Source: Thermoplasmata archaeon (lineage in GTDB: Archaea > Thermoplasmatota > Thermoplasmata > Halarchaeoplasmatales > Halarchaeoplasmataceae). From it: a DNA stretch of 61,159 nucleotides. The stretch is from positions 1-61,159 of the forward strand of contig PULU01000093.1 of assembly GCA_003551065.1 (NCBI GenBank), read 5' to 3'. Position numbers and translations under genes: made by a program. Of this stretch, positions 45,087 through 55,310 are shown one piece after another (the stretch's first letter is position 1; each line of letters opens with the position of its first letter). The notes beneath the pieces were generated by a model. The model worked only from the letters and a program-made list of their open reading frames with translations. It searched no databases and was not told the origin of the DNA.

Positions 45087-46163
45087 ATGTCTACATTTCC
45101 CCTTAGAGATTTTCTTACAGAAAATCGCGAGGTCAGGTACGACCTAGCTAGCAGTAGTGTTAGAGAGATATCACATTCTGAATCATTGAGGCTTAAAAAA
45201 CAACCCGGCTTTGAATATACTGATGAGCTAGATAAAGAACTACGGATTAAAATATCTGCGATATATGGTATAAGTACTGACAGAGTTATACCCTTATCTG
45301 GAGCCCAAGTTTCCAACTCTTTGGTATTAATGACGTTGTTCAAACCCGGAGATGAGATCATAGTTGAATCTCCTAATTATCGACCTTTAGTTAATTTACC
45401 AAGGAGATTGGGTCTCCATGTAAAAACCATGAAAAGAAGCTTCGAAGACGATTTTCGGATAAAACTGGACGATCTAAAAGGTATAGTTAGTGACGATACA
45501 AAAGCAGTCATTCTCACGAACCCTCATAACCCTAGTGGCAAGTATCTTAATGAGGATGAACTTACAGACATCCAAAGATATCTCCAGGATAGAGAGATTC
45601 TTTTGATAGTCGACGAGATATTCAAGGATTTTATCGAGGATGATTTCTCAGCCATCGATCTAGGATATAATGTCATCATAACTTCGAGTCTATCCAAAGT
45701 TTTCGGTATGGGTGGTGTCAGAATAGGTTGGACTGCTTCAAGGAACAAATCGATTATGAAGAAAATAAATAGCATGAAATACGATCTCAACATATTGAAT
45801 TCGACTTACTCAGAAAGACTTGCAATCAATGTGATCGAAAAAAGAGAGGTATTTTTGAAAGAGGTCAGGGGATTAGCAAAAAGGAACCTTTCAATGGTCA
45901 CTGGCTGGGTTGAAGGTAACGAGTTTGTGGAATGGGTCCCTCCGACCGGCGGAATAATCTCATTTCCAAAACTGAGGATATCCACTGATTCTTTAAACTT
46001 ATCGAAGAAGGCCATCGAAGAAGGCGTATTGGTAGCCCCGGGAAATTTTTTCTCAGAAGAAGATACATGGGATGATCATATACGATTATGCTTCGGTCTG
46101 AAAACTGAAGATCTTGCATTAGGTTTGCAAAGATTATCCAGGGTGATAAACAGATGGGTCTAA
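45087..46163 (+). CDS. PLP-dependent aminotransferase, class I/II
   Basis: NPHNPSG and the PLP-lysine motif SLSKVFGMGGVRIGW. Confidence 0.8.
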   Translation: MSTFPLRDFLTENREVRYDLASSSVREISHSESLRLKKQPGFEYTDELDKELRIKISAIYGISTDRVIPLSGAQVSNSLVLMTLFKPGDEIIVESPNYRPLVNLPRRLGLHVKTMKRSFEDDFRIKLDDLKGIVSDDTKAVILTNPHNPSGKYLNEDELTDIQRYLQDREILLIVDEIFKDFIEDDFSAIDLGYNVIITSSLSKVFGMGGVRIGWTASRNKSIMKKINSMKYDLNILNSTYSERLAINVIEKREVFLKEVRGLAKRNLSMVTGWVEGNEFVEWVPPTGGIISFPKLRISTDSLNLSKKAIEEGVLVAPGNFFSEEDTWDDHIRLCFGLKTEDLALGLQRLSRVINRWV

Positions 46164-47068
46164 AATCTAGTTTTAGAGGTACCAAGGGCAAACTTCGCTT
46201 GGCCCTACTGATAAACATATCTCTTCTGCTTATAGCTTTACTTGGTTATCTTGTTTCTAATTCCTTGGCATTACTAGGGGATGCTGGACACGTGTTGACC
46301 GATATATTTGCCATAGCTACTTCTTTGACCGCAATAAATCTTGCAGCACGTTCCCCTCATGTAGAAGCCACCTTCGGTCATCATCGCGCTGAAGTGTTAG
46401 CTGCACTTTTCAACGCAGTGATCTTACTCTTCGTGAGTGGGTATATCTTTTATGAATCTTACCACCGTTTCATATCTCCCCAAGAAGTTGAATCCGTAGA
46501 GATGCTTATAGTTGCAGTCATAGGTTTATGTGGTAATCTTTATGCAACCCGTCTTTTACATGGACATAAGGACATCAACATAAGAGGAGTTTATCTTCAT
46601 CTTTTAGCGGATACACTCTCAAGTGGTGGAGTAGTAGTTGGTGCAGTCATCATCTATTTTACGGGGAATTATATCGTGGATCCTATTTTGAGTGTATTGA
46701 TAGCGTTATTGATAATCTCTGGGTCTGTTAAATTGTTAAGGGAATCAATAGGAGTTATAATGCAGTGGACACCGGAGCATCTAGATGTGAACGAGATCAT
46801 TGAAACCTTGAAAAGAGTCGAGGGAGTCAGGGGCGTCCATGATGTTCATCTTTGGACTCTATGTTCGAGTATACATTCCTTTTCTGTACATATTGTTATC
46901 GACGATATGAGCATGATTGAATCAGAACGTATAAAATCTATGATAAGGAAGTTGATGCACGAGGAATTCAATATATATCATTCGACTTTAGAGCTAGAAT
47001 GTGTCGAATGTGGTGATGAAACCGTTCAAAAGATATGTCACCCCGAGCACGGCACTGATAATCATTGA
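46154..47068 (+). CDS. Cation diffusion facilitator metal exporter (CzcD/ZitB-like)
   Basis: Six TMs with the HVLTD and HLLAD metal-site motifs, plus a C-terminal cytoplasmic domain (VHDVHLW). Confidence 0.85.
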   Translation: MGLKSSFRGTKGKLRLALLINISLLLIALLGYLVSNSLALLGDAGHVLTDIFAIATSLTAINLAARSPHVEATFGHHRAEVLAALFNAVILLFVSGYIFYESYHRFISPQEVESVEMLIVAVIGLCGNLYATRLLHGHKDINIRGVYLHLLADTLSSGGVVVGAVIIYFTGNYIVDPILSVLIALLIISGSVKLLRESIGVIMQWTPEHLDVNEIIETLKRVEGVRGVHDVHLWTLCSSIHSFSVHIVIDDMSMIESERIKSMIRKLMHEEFNIYHSTLELECVECGDETVQKICHPEHGTDNH

Positions 47069-47122
47069 CCATCGAATACATATTTATATCGTTATCTCTC
47101 TGGTATCATCTGATTGGAATCC

Positions 47123-47827
47123 ATGATAACTATAATAGGTACAGCCCACGTGTTCGATATATCGGAAGAACTCAGGGAAGAGATCATCCGTAGAGATCCC
47201 TCAGTGGTAGCCGTGGAGTTGGATAAACAGAGATACAATGCTTTGATGTCCGATGATAGATCTCAAAATGATGCTCCTCTTATGTACAGAGCCATGAGTA
47301 TGATCCAAAAGAAGATAGCTGACGATTTTGGAGTTAAAGTAGGCAGTGAGATGCTGGAAGCAATAGAAACTGCAAGAGACCTTGGTATAGGGGTAGCCTT
47401 CATCGATCTACCAGCAGGCCTGGTATTCCAAAAGATGATGAAAAGTATGAGTATCAAAGAGAAGATATATTTTGTCGTAGGATTAGTTGTGGGCCTATTT
47501 ACCAGTAAGGAAAAAGTCGAGAAGGAGATGGAGAGATACCAGGAAAATGAAGGTGATTATATGGACGTTTTAGCTGAAAACATGCCTTCTATATCCAAAG
47601 TCTTGATAGATGATAGAAACAAGTTCATGGCCGAGAACATCAAAGAACTTGAAAAAAGATACGATTCAGTCGTAGCTGTAGTAGGGGATGGGCACGTACC
47701 TGGGTTGTTAAAAGAATTGGAAGACAAAGATGTAGAAACCGTAAGATTAAAAGAATTAAGAGCTGAAAACAGGACAACATCTAACGCAGAAGTTAGTTAT
47801 AGTTTCACATACCAGAGGAAAAACTAG
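47123..47827 (+). CDS. TraB/PrgY-family protein
   Basis: N-terminal IIGTAHV...VAVELDKQR and C-terminal GDGHVPG are typical of the TraB family. Confidence 0.72.
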   Translation: MITIIGTAHVFDISEELREEIIRRDPSVVAVELDKQRYNALMSDDRSQNDAPLMYRAMSMIQKKIADDFGVKVGSEMLEAIETARDLGIGVAFIDLPAGLVFQKMMKSMSIKEKIYFVVGLVVGLFTSKEKVEKEMERYQENEGDYMDVLAENMPSISKVLIDDRNKFMAENIKELEKRYDSVVAVVGDGHVPGLLKELEDKDVETVRLKELRAENRTTSNAEVSYSFTYQRKN

Positions 47828-48783
47828 TAGTACTTTTTCTCATCATTTTCCTTTACATGGTCTGTTTCCTTATAATAAGCATTTTCATAGCCATGATATT
47901 CTTGTTTTTTATCATCTCTATTGGCTATAGTGATCACCCATGTCGTACCTACAGCGAATTGTCCGATCATTGCAGTATAAGTTAAGAGATTAGCGATGCT
48001 AAAAGGGTCATTCATGGTTCTTATCCTCTCTATATCTTCAAGGCAGAGTTCACAAAATTCAGTTGGTGGTGTTCTACCCATACCCGTGACATTTATCTCT
48101 ACCGATGCAGCCATGACACAATCTCCGGCTTCTAAATTACAATGGTGTCGATATTCTTCAGATTCGTGATCACTGTCATAATCTCTACCTACTAAACCTA
48201 TTAGGTGTCCCCATTCATGTATCAGTACAGATCTTTCGATATCCCCATAACTGAGACCTGGACTTCTATCAGCACTTCTCATGATGGTCTCTTTAAAGAT
48301 GACTATATTAGTTCCCCTATAAGATAATCCCAATACGTTCCCTTCTTTCCATAAGCCATCTAGATAAAGGACATAAATAACTAATGTATTTTCTTTTGTT
48401 TCAACATCCCGGTATTTATCTTCAAGATAAGATAGGTCATGCTGATCATAGACGGGCTTTGTATCGGGGAAGGATATTTCATCTCCTATCCTGTGTTCTA
48501 TGTTTTCTTTTTCTGTATGGTTTCGAAGCATATCGTCGAATGTTTGGATAGCTGTATAATTAGGTCTATAGTTTCGAACATAGTCGTATTCTATGATCAA
48601 CTCATCGTAATCGTCATTGGTTAGATGCCACTGTCCCTTTTCCCATGCTTCGTATAAGTTGCCTCTACCCTTGATATAACCAGGTAAAAAAGTCAGGGTC
48701 AATATCAGGGCAACTAGGGTAATAGCTATGACGACAGTGATAAGTCCAGCTTTTTTTATAGTATTCATAAAGATGCTATCCAA
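47824..48783 (-). CDS. Membrane-anchored zinc metalloprotease (HExxH)
   Basis: N-terminal TM and the zincin motif LIHEWGHLIGL. The subfamily is not resolved. Confidence 0.62.
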   Translation of the reverse strand: MDSIFMNTIKKAGLITVVIAITLVALILTLTFLPGYIKGRGNLYEAWEKGQWHLTNDDYDELIIEYDYVRNYRPNYTAIQTFDDMLRNHTEKENIEHRIGDEISFPDTKPVYDQHDLSYLEDKYRDVETKENTLVIYVLYLDGLWKEGNVLGLSYRGTNIVIFKETIMRSADRSPGLSYGDIERSVLIHEWGHLIGLVGRDYDSDHESEEYRHHCNLEAGDCVMAASVEINVTGMGRTPPTEFCELCLEDIERIRTMNDPFSIANLLTYTAMIGQFAVGTTWVITIANRDDKKQEYHGYENAYYKETDHVKENDEKKYY

Positions 48784-48820
48784 TTTTAAACCATGTATTC
48801 AAATCAAGATATATTCATCA

Positions 48821-49729
48821 TTATTCTTTAACTTTTTGTTCTTGTATCTCCTCGTAAGCTGAAGCAGCGGCTTCGGCACCTTGACCTGCAGCTGTGATCG
48901 CCTGTTTTAATGGTGAATCTATGATGTCACCAGCGGCAAAAACACCTTTTATGTTGGTTTTTCTTTCTTCGTTTGTGATTATATAACCCCCTTCGGTCAT
49001 ATCTATTCCCATGTCCTCAGCTATTTCATTATTTGGAATAGATCCGATCTCTATGAAAAGACCATCTAGGTCGATTTTACTCCCATCGTCTAACTTCACT
49101 GATGATAATTTTTCTTCTCCGATCAGATCTACTACATTTACGTTGAATATGCATTCTATATCCTCATTCTGTCCAACTTCTTCTACCCGGATCGGTTCTG
49201 GACGGAAGAATTCTCCTTTCCTATATAGTATATACACTTTATCTGCATATCGAGATAATAACAATGCTGATGCTAGTGCCGCATCACCTCCTCCAACGAC
49301 ACCGACGATTTTACCACCATAAAAAGCAGCATCACAGGTGGCACAATAACTGACTCCTTTACCTATCAGTTCTTTTTCTCTATCTAAACCCAGCTTTCGT
49401 CTTTCTTGACCAGTAGCCAGGATAACTTTTTTTGCCTTATATTCACCCCTGGAAGATTTTACTGTAAAGTTACCTTTTCCCTCATCGATATCCTCGACCT
49501 TATCATATACAACCTTTACTCCGAGATCTTTTATTTGTTCTTCCATCTTACTTGCTAGTTCCATACCACTTATACTCTTCCTTGAAGGGAAATTACAAAC
49601 ATCTGGTGCCTCAGAGATAAGTCCACCGGGCATCTCACCGATGATAATCGTTTCTAATTTGTATCTAGCGGTGTAAAGGGCAGCGGTATAACCTGCTGGG
49701 CCTGTACCCACAATAAGAACATCATACAT
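48821..49729 (-). CDS. trxB: Thioredoxin reductase
   Basis: FAD motif VGTGPAGYTAA, redox-active CATCDA and NADPH motif GGGDAA. I prefer the ATG at 49729 (MYDVLIVG). Confidence 0.88.
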   Translation of the reverse strand: MYDVLIVGTGPAGYTAALYTARYKLETIIIGEMPGGLISEAPDVCNFPSRKSISGMELASKMEEQIKDLGVKVVYDKVEDIDEGKGNFTVKSSRGEYKAKKVILATGQERRKLGLDREKELIGKGVSYCATCDAAFYGGKIVGVVGGGDAALASALLLSRYADKVYILYRKGEFFRPEPIRVEEVGQNEDIECIFNVNVVDLIGEEKLSSVKLDDGSKIDLDGLFIEIGSIPNNEIAEDMGIDMTEGGYIITNEERKTNIKGVFAAGDIIDSPLKQAITAAGQGAEAAASAYEEIQEQKVKE

Positions 49730-49984
49730 ATTATCAGAGCTTCTATTCAGCGATAGTATTTTAAACCTTTTCCTATGGTACATTTATACTTATACCCACA
49801 CTAGAAATTGAACTATACACTAAAAATATATATAACCTTAAACAGAATTGAATAAAGTCTAGTTGAGGAAATATGATACCCACAATCGATGGTTTAAATG
49901 GAACAACCGTCATCTTTGGTTGGTTCTACTAAACTTATGATGAATAGTTAAAGAAGGATTTGAGTACGATATAAAAGAGGAGCC

Positions 49985-52900
49985 ATGAAGGAAGCTATAG
50001 CCCGATTGAAAAGGATAAGGTCCATTGGAGAATTGACTGCTAAAACCCTGTATGAAAAAAAAGGGATTAATGGAATCGAAGGGATATTCGAAATTGGGAA
50101 AGATGGTCTAAAGGAAATCTCGGGCATCGGTGATAAAAAAGCCAAACAGATCTTGGAGAGTGCAGAAGAATTAAAAGATAAGTTAGAGAAGTGCAATATT
50201 TGTGGATATTATTCTAAAACGGATGATCCATGCCCCTATTGTGAAGATGATGTAGTTGAAGAAGAAAGTATAGTTGATACATTTATAAGTAAAAAAAATG
50301 AGTTGTCTCAGTCATTAGGTAAAAACAACATATATGATGGATTAGTCGAACTGATCGAAGAACCGCTGGAAGATGAGGTTCGACATGATAATATTGTCAC
50401 TACTTTCGTGGATTCAAAAAAAGTCAAGAAGAAACTTGATCACAGGTTCATGGTTATCAAATCAAAATTAAGGGAATTAGAAGATAGAAGATATGTATAT
50501 CAATCTCATATCCAGTCTTTTGAGATATTATTAACGAAAGTAAAAACACTCGAGGATGAAGGTAGATATAGAGTCTGTTTTGAAATACTTACCCGGTTGG
50601 ACAATAAGTTAGAAGAGATGGAATACGCTAGTGATGCCCTATCACGTTTAGATGAGATAAAGAAGTCCTTAGATAAGAGTCGACCATCTCTTGATTTTAA
50701 GACCCGTCTTGCATATCTGAGAAAGACTTATTCTCGTGGTGATTATGAGAAAACAAAAGAGTTAGTGGAAAAGACGATAGAAGCACTTGAAAATGAGCTT
50801 GAAAAGAAAAAGGCAAAAGGACCTATACCTCCATCTTCTCCTAAGATAGAAAGAGGTATGTTGAATGGATCAAAAGATTCGGGATCCCCCTCTGAGAAGG
50901 GTTTCATAAATGGTTTACAGAACGGGTCATTGGACAATACAAAGGATAAAACTGATATGGGTTTTATCAACGGTGTGAAGAAGCAGAGAAGATCTCTAGA
51001 AAAGAAGATAAGATGGAAAAAGACAGCAGTCACGGGTATGATATTTTTACTTATAATAGGGATGATCGCTGGAGCCTTCATATTTTTTGTTTATGAGGAG
51101 CCCGATGAAGGGGTAATAATAGATGGAGATTTCGATGATTGGCAGGATATCGACACCGTCTCTGTGGAAAGGGTTGGGTTATCACCGAGTGCGGCGATAA
51201 TAGAGTGTGCGGTAGAAAGGTCTAGGGATAGGCTAAATTATTATTTGAAAACAGAAGAAGATGCCTTCGTCGGTGGCTCGGATAGAAGGATGGATGCCCT
51301 TTACGTGTTCATACAGGATGGTAAAGGGGTAGAAGGCCGGTCCTATAGGACCGATGATCTCATGGCCCAGCATATGATAAAGATACAGGGGTGGCAAGAT
51401 GAGATATTCGGTAGGTTATACAGATACGAGGATGATGAAAAGGATAATAATTGGTTTGGATGGACCCATGTTGCTGGTATAGAGATAGAAAAAGAAGATG
51501 AAAAGGTCGAATTCTCCATACCTGATATGTACTTTGAGAATGATATAACCTCACAGTTGATCGTAAAGGATCATCAGGGCAGAGAAGCAGTAATAGAACA
51601 CCTTATAGATCCAGAGAAACCCTCACTGACGGTTTACCAGAGGGGTTTAGATAAAGATATCTTCCATGGGGATGGTGAACTGATGGAACTTGTTTTCAGG
51701 TCCGAAGGAGGTCCCGTTACAATAGAAAACTTAGATTTCAAAGGTAATGGAGATGGCCTGTCAGTTCAACTCGAACCATATATGGAGTTTCCTTTAGAGA
51801 TAGATAAAGGTGAAGAAAGAGAATTTACCGTTCATGGAGAATTCCAAGGGGATACGGGAGATACGATAAGCTTGGAGTTGGTAGGGATCACTTCTGATGC
51901 CGTTCACCGTATAGTTGGCTCAACGGTCCATTATCATCTTGACGATATCCCAGATGATGTGAGGATAGATGGGGCCTTCGGAGATTGGAAGGATTATAGT
52001 CGAGCTCCAGAAAAAGATGTACCTGAACGTATCGATATCCGGAACTACGGGGTCCATACAGATGGAGAAGATATCTATTTCATGTTGAGTACTAGAGGTA
52101 AAATACTCAAAGGTACAGCTATCCCCGAAGGTGTGGAGAGATTCGTGGACGACCGTATCGATTCCGACGGAGATGGCATACCCGATATATACGACCCCTA
52201 TCCGAATGATTTTACGAACGATGGTGTTCCAGATTCAGAGATGGTAACTGAAGAAGGTCTACCCGATGTTGATGGGGATGGTGTTGCGGATTGGCCATAC
52301 GGTCCTGACAGATGGTTGAACACCACGATACCTAGAGACCCAAGGATACCTGAAAGGTACTGGGGTAGAGAGGTCAGTAGATATATCGGTCCAAGACCAG
52401 ATCCAGTTCTGACAGGCGAGGATAAAGTCGAGGTTTACTTGGGTGATGAAGGAGGGCATGGTTACAGTATCATGGACCATAAGGCCGAATTTAAGATCGA
52501 GATCAAGGGTCAGTACGGAGAAGTGAATCAATTCGATGTCAAACGCTGGAGTGGTTCTGAGAACAGATGGGTCGAAAAGGATATAGGAACTGAGATAGCG
52601 GTATCTTTAGATTCCATGGAGTTCTTATGTCATGGATTGCCAGATTTATTCGACGGATATGAGGTAGTGTTCATGACCTCGGATTGGGATGTGAACCATG
52701 ATACTGCTGTTTACAGTTTACCTATCAACGATCCTGGCATGAGGTTGACAAGTCTTGAAACGGATCAGGATCTTTTTCTGCGGGATGATGATCTATTGTT
52801 GACATCGAAGGGAACTGACGAGTCAACGGTCACTTTATTGAACAGGGACGGAGAAAGAGATCATGAATGGACCTCCAACGATTTCGCAGGGGACTTTCAC

Positions 52901-55240
52901 ATCACCGATGATATCACAGCTCACCTATATTTAGATCCTAGAGTCGTAGGCGATAACAGACCCGGTCTTAATCTGACCTTATCGACAGGGTCTGGAGTTA
53001 TAGGTTATGGAGAAAGAGACGGTCTATCTTCAGAGGCGTGGTACAATATACCTATAGAGGTCGTAGCTCCGAATATCCTTGGGGACGAGTCTTTGACATT
53101 ATCCACTACCATAACCGGCCCTGAAGACACTGAATCACTGGAGGTCGAAATTGATTTCAATTCACATGAAAGAGATTCCCGGCTTAGGGTTCCAACCGAT
53201 ACTACTGTAGATATCGATTGGGTCGAGACCTATGATGAGGAGGGGGGATACCAGAGCACCTTCGAAGGCGGAGATACCGTTGAGGTCAGGGGTAATGTCA
53301 CCCATCCTATAGATGCAGACCTTGTCCAGGATGTCGAGGTAACAGTTACCTGCCCTGAAAACTCTCTCATCGTTCATGGAGAAGAGATGCCGCGATATGA
53401 GAACGATCCCCAGGAACCGCCTTTCTATTCGATATACAACTATTCGTTCACTTTAGATGAAGATCCGGTCAGTGGTAGTTATCAAGTCGATGTAACGGCA
53501 TGGGACGATCAAGACAACTCGGATGTAGGGACGACCTTCTTTTACGTACAAGATGATCCAGGTGTTACAGTTTATCCGAACGATGAGAAGGAAGGAGAAC
53601 CAGGGGACAGTATCGATTTTACCGTTAATGTAAAAAATATAGGGAATGTTGAAGATATATATAAACTCGGATCCGGAGAATCCAGTAGGGGATGGTCGAC
53701 CTATCTCTACCATGACGGGACATTGATCGCCGAGGATGTCGGGGGAGACGGTGAGTGGGATTGGGTCGATCCTTCGTGGGATTCGATGGGGGATGGGGAT
53801 CCCGATATAGAGCTAGAACAGAACCAGGAGAAACAATTCGTTGTTGAAAAGTTGGTCCCAGAAGATACTGAGGGTTTAACCGATGAGACCATTTTTGAAG
53901 CTGTCTCGATCAACTATGACGGTGTTTATGATAGCTGTGAACTTACCACTATCGTACCTATATCCGAGGAGATGAAAACATTTTATCTGAGGAATGAAGA
54001 TATCTTGAACACGTTCTTAGGTGATGAAGCTGTGGAAAACACGATAGAGGAGGATGAAAGTAATGTCTGGGTTCAGGATCCCCCTATGGCAGGAGAGTTC
54101 GAACTGATAGGTGAAGCAGAAGTCCATCTGTATATCGAACCGCATGATCACGGCGTCCATATCCCTGATGTGACCGTTTCTCTCCTTGAGGATGGTGAGA
54201 ACATCGGTTCGGATACTATCAACCAGATAGAAACAGAAGGATGGCACACATTCTCTTTTTCAACAGATCATGTTGTCTCCACGGATAGTTCTCTGGAACT
54301 GCAAGTTTCCACGGTAAACGCCGATATCACCGTCCACTATGATTCTGATGGATACGACTCACGATTGAACGTGATTACCGACACCTACGTCGAAGTCTTG
54401 GATATAGAGACGTTCGATAGTGAGGATGAATCGGATGAATTCTCAGCAGGAGATGAAGTCATCATCGAATCCACGATTGGTGATCCTATAGGTAGTTACG
54501 ATATCGCTGGGGCTGATGTATCTGTTTATAAACCAGATGGAACTGCTCTGTTCGAAGACGAGTCAATGGGTCTGGTTGAGGTCGATCCATCTTCTCCCTC
54601 ATATTGGGCACTTTTCGACCATACTTTTGAACTTTCTCAGGATGCTCAAGCAGGGGATTATGAGATCAAGGTCGAAGCCATCGAATCTAATGGGGTTACA
54701 TCATTCGGATTTGGAACATTCTCCGTCCCAGGAGAAGTCGATGTATATCCAGATCATAACGATACCGCTGATGCCGGTACGAATGTGAGTTATGACCATA
54801 CGATAGAGAATACGGGAGCTGGGAGAGATATATTCCACATGCATGTGCTGTCCTCTCAAGGCTTCAACGTCTCGTTGTATTCAGAACAAGGAGAATTGAT
54901 AGCCCAAGATATCGGTGGTGATAGGGAATGGGAATACGTGAATCCCGATTGGGATACCACAGAGGATGGAATACCTGATACGGGATGGATGAGCAGTGGA
55001 GAAACCCTGGAAATCACATTGGAGATCGAGATACCACCTGATACTGGGAATGTGACGGATGAAACCGTACTGCAGGTTGGATCATATCATCACGATGCAG
55101 ACGATGAGGCTACAGATGTTACTTCGATACCAGAATTCGATAACTGGGCACTCCCTGCATCTATGATATTCATACTGGTTTTAAATTTGTTTATATTTAG
55201 ATTTAAGGGGGATAAAAGATCCTTGAAGAACGATCTGTAG
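49985..55240 (+). CDS. Giant (1751 aa) two-TM envelope protein: cytoplasmic (HhH)2 + Zn ribbon + coiled coil, and a large acidic repetitive ectodomain
   Basis: HhH motifs IRSIGELTAKTL and ISGIGDKKAKQIL, Zn ribbon CNICG...CPYC, TM1 at about nt 51023-51091 preceded by KKQRRSLEKKIRWKK, and TM2 at about nt 55145-55204. The ectodomain has TSP3-like Asp repeats and duplicated modules. Confidence 0.8.
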   Translation: MKEAIARLKRIRSIGELTAKTLYEKKGINGIEGIFEIGKDGLKEISGIGDKKAKQILESAEELKDKLEKCNICGYYSKTDDPCPYCEDDVVEEESIVDTFISKKNELSQSLGKNNIYDGLVELIEEPLEDEVRHDNIVTTFVDSKKVKKKLDHRFMVIKSKLRELEDRRYVYQSHIQSFEILLTKVKTLEDEGRYRVCFEILTRLDNKLEEMEYASDALSRLDEIKKSLDKSRPSLDFKTRLAYLRKTYSRGDYEKTKELVEKTIEALENELEKKKAKGPIPPSSPKIERGMLNGSKDSGSPSEKGFINGLQNGSLDNTKDKTDMGFINGVKKQRRSLEKKIRWKKTAVTGMIFLLIIGMIAGAFIFFVYEEPDEGVIIDGDFDDWQDIDTVSVERVGLSPSAAIIECAVERSRDRLNYYLKTEEDAFVGGSDRRMDALYVFIQDGKGVEGRSYRTDDLMAQHMIKIQGWQDEIFGRLYRYEDDEKDNNWFGWTHVAGIEIEKEDEKVEFSIPDMYFENDITSQLIVKDHQGREAVIEHLIDPEKPSLTVYQRGLDKDIFHGDGELMELVFRSEGGPVTIENLDFKGNGDGLSVQLEPYMEFPLEIDKGEEREFTVHGEFQGDTGDTISLELVGITSDAVHRIVGSTVHYHLDDIPDDVRIDGAFGDWKDYSRAPEKDVPERIDIRNYGVHTDGEDIYFMLSTRGKILKGTAIPEGVERFVDDRIDSDGDGIPDIYDPYPNDFTNDGVPDSEMVTEEGLPDVDGDGVADWPYGPDRWLNTTIPRDPRIPERYWGREVSRYIGPRPDPVLTGEDKVEVYLGDEGGHGYSIMDHKAEFKIEIKGQYGEVNQFDVKRWSGSENRWVEKDIGTEIAVSLDSMEFLCHGLPDLFDGYEVVFMTSDWDVNHDTAVYSLPINDPGMRLTSLETDQDLFLRDDDLLLTSKGTDESTVTLLNRDGERDHEWTSNDFAGDFHITDDITAHLYLDPRVVGDNRPGLNLTLSTGSGVIGYGERDGLSSEAWYNIPIEVVAPNILGDESLTLSTTITGPEDTESLEVEIDFNSHERDSRLRVPTDTTVDIDWVETYDEEGGYQSTFEGGDTVEVRGNVTHPIDADLVQDVEVTVTCPENSLIVHGEEMPRYENDPQEPPFYSIYNYSFTLDEDPVSGSYQVDVTAWDDQDNSDVGTTFFYVQDDPGVTVYPNDEKEGEPGDSIDFTVNVKNIGNVEDIYKLGSGESSRGWSTYLYHDGTLIAEDVGGDGEWDWVDPSWDSMGDGDPDIELEQNQEKQFVVEKLVPEDTEGLTDETIFEAVSINYDGVYDSCELTTIVPISEEMKTFYLRNEDILNTFLGDEAVENTIEEDESNVWVQDPPMAGEFELIGEAEVHLYIEPHDHGVHIPDVTVSLLEDGENIGSDTINQIETEGWHTFSFSTDHVVSTDSSLELQVSTVNADITVHYDSDGYDSRLNVITDTYVEVLDIETFDSEDESDEFSAGDEVIIESTIGDPIGSYDIAGADVSVYKPDGTALFEDESMGLVEVDPSSPSYWALFDHTFELSQDAQAGDYEIKVEAIESNGVTSFGFGTFSVPGEVDVYPDHNDTADAGTNVSYDHTIENTGAGRDIFHMHVLSSQGFNVSLYSEQGELIAQDIGGDREWEYVNPDWDTTEDGIPDTGWMSSGETLEITLEIEIPPDTGNVTDETVLQVGSYHHDADDEATDVTSIPEFDNWALPASMIFILVLNLFIFRFKGDKRSLKNDL

Positions 55241-55310
55241 AACAGATCGAGATTCCATCGAATATACCATATCAATTAAATATCCATTCGATGTTTCATG
55301 TTTTGGTAAA

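Noticed and set aside
49930-49984. C-box-like ATGATGA (about 49937-49943) upstream of the giant gene, and GATGATA/CTGA near 16622-16665, as possible C/D box sRNAs.
   Set aside because: No matching D box (CTGA) at the right spacing, no C'/D' pair, and no terminal stem. Isolated heptamers are expected in AT-rich DNA.
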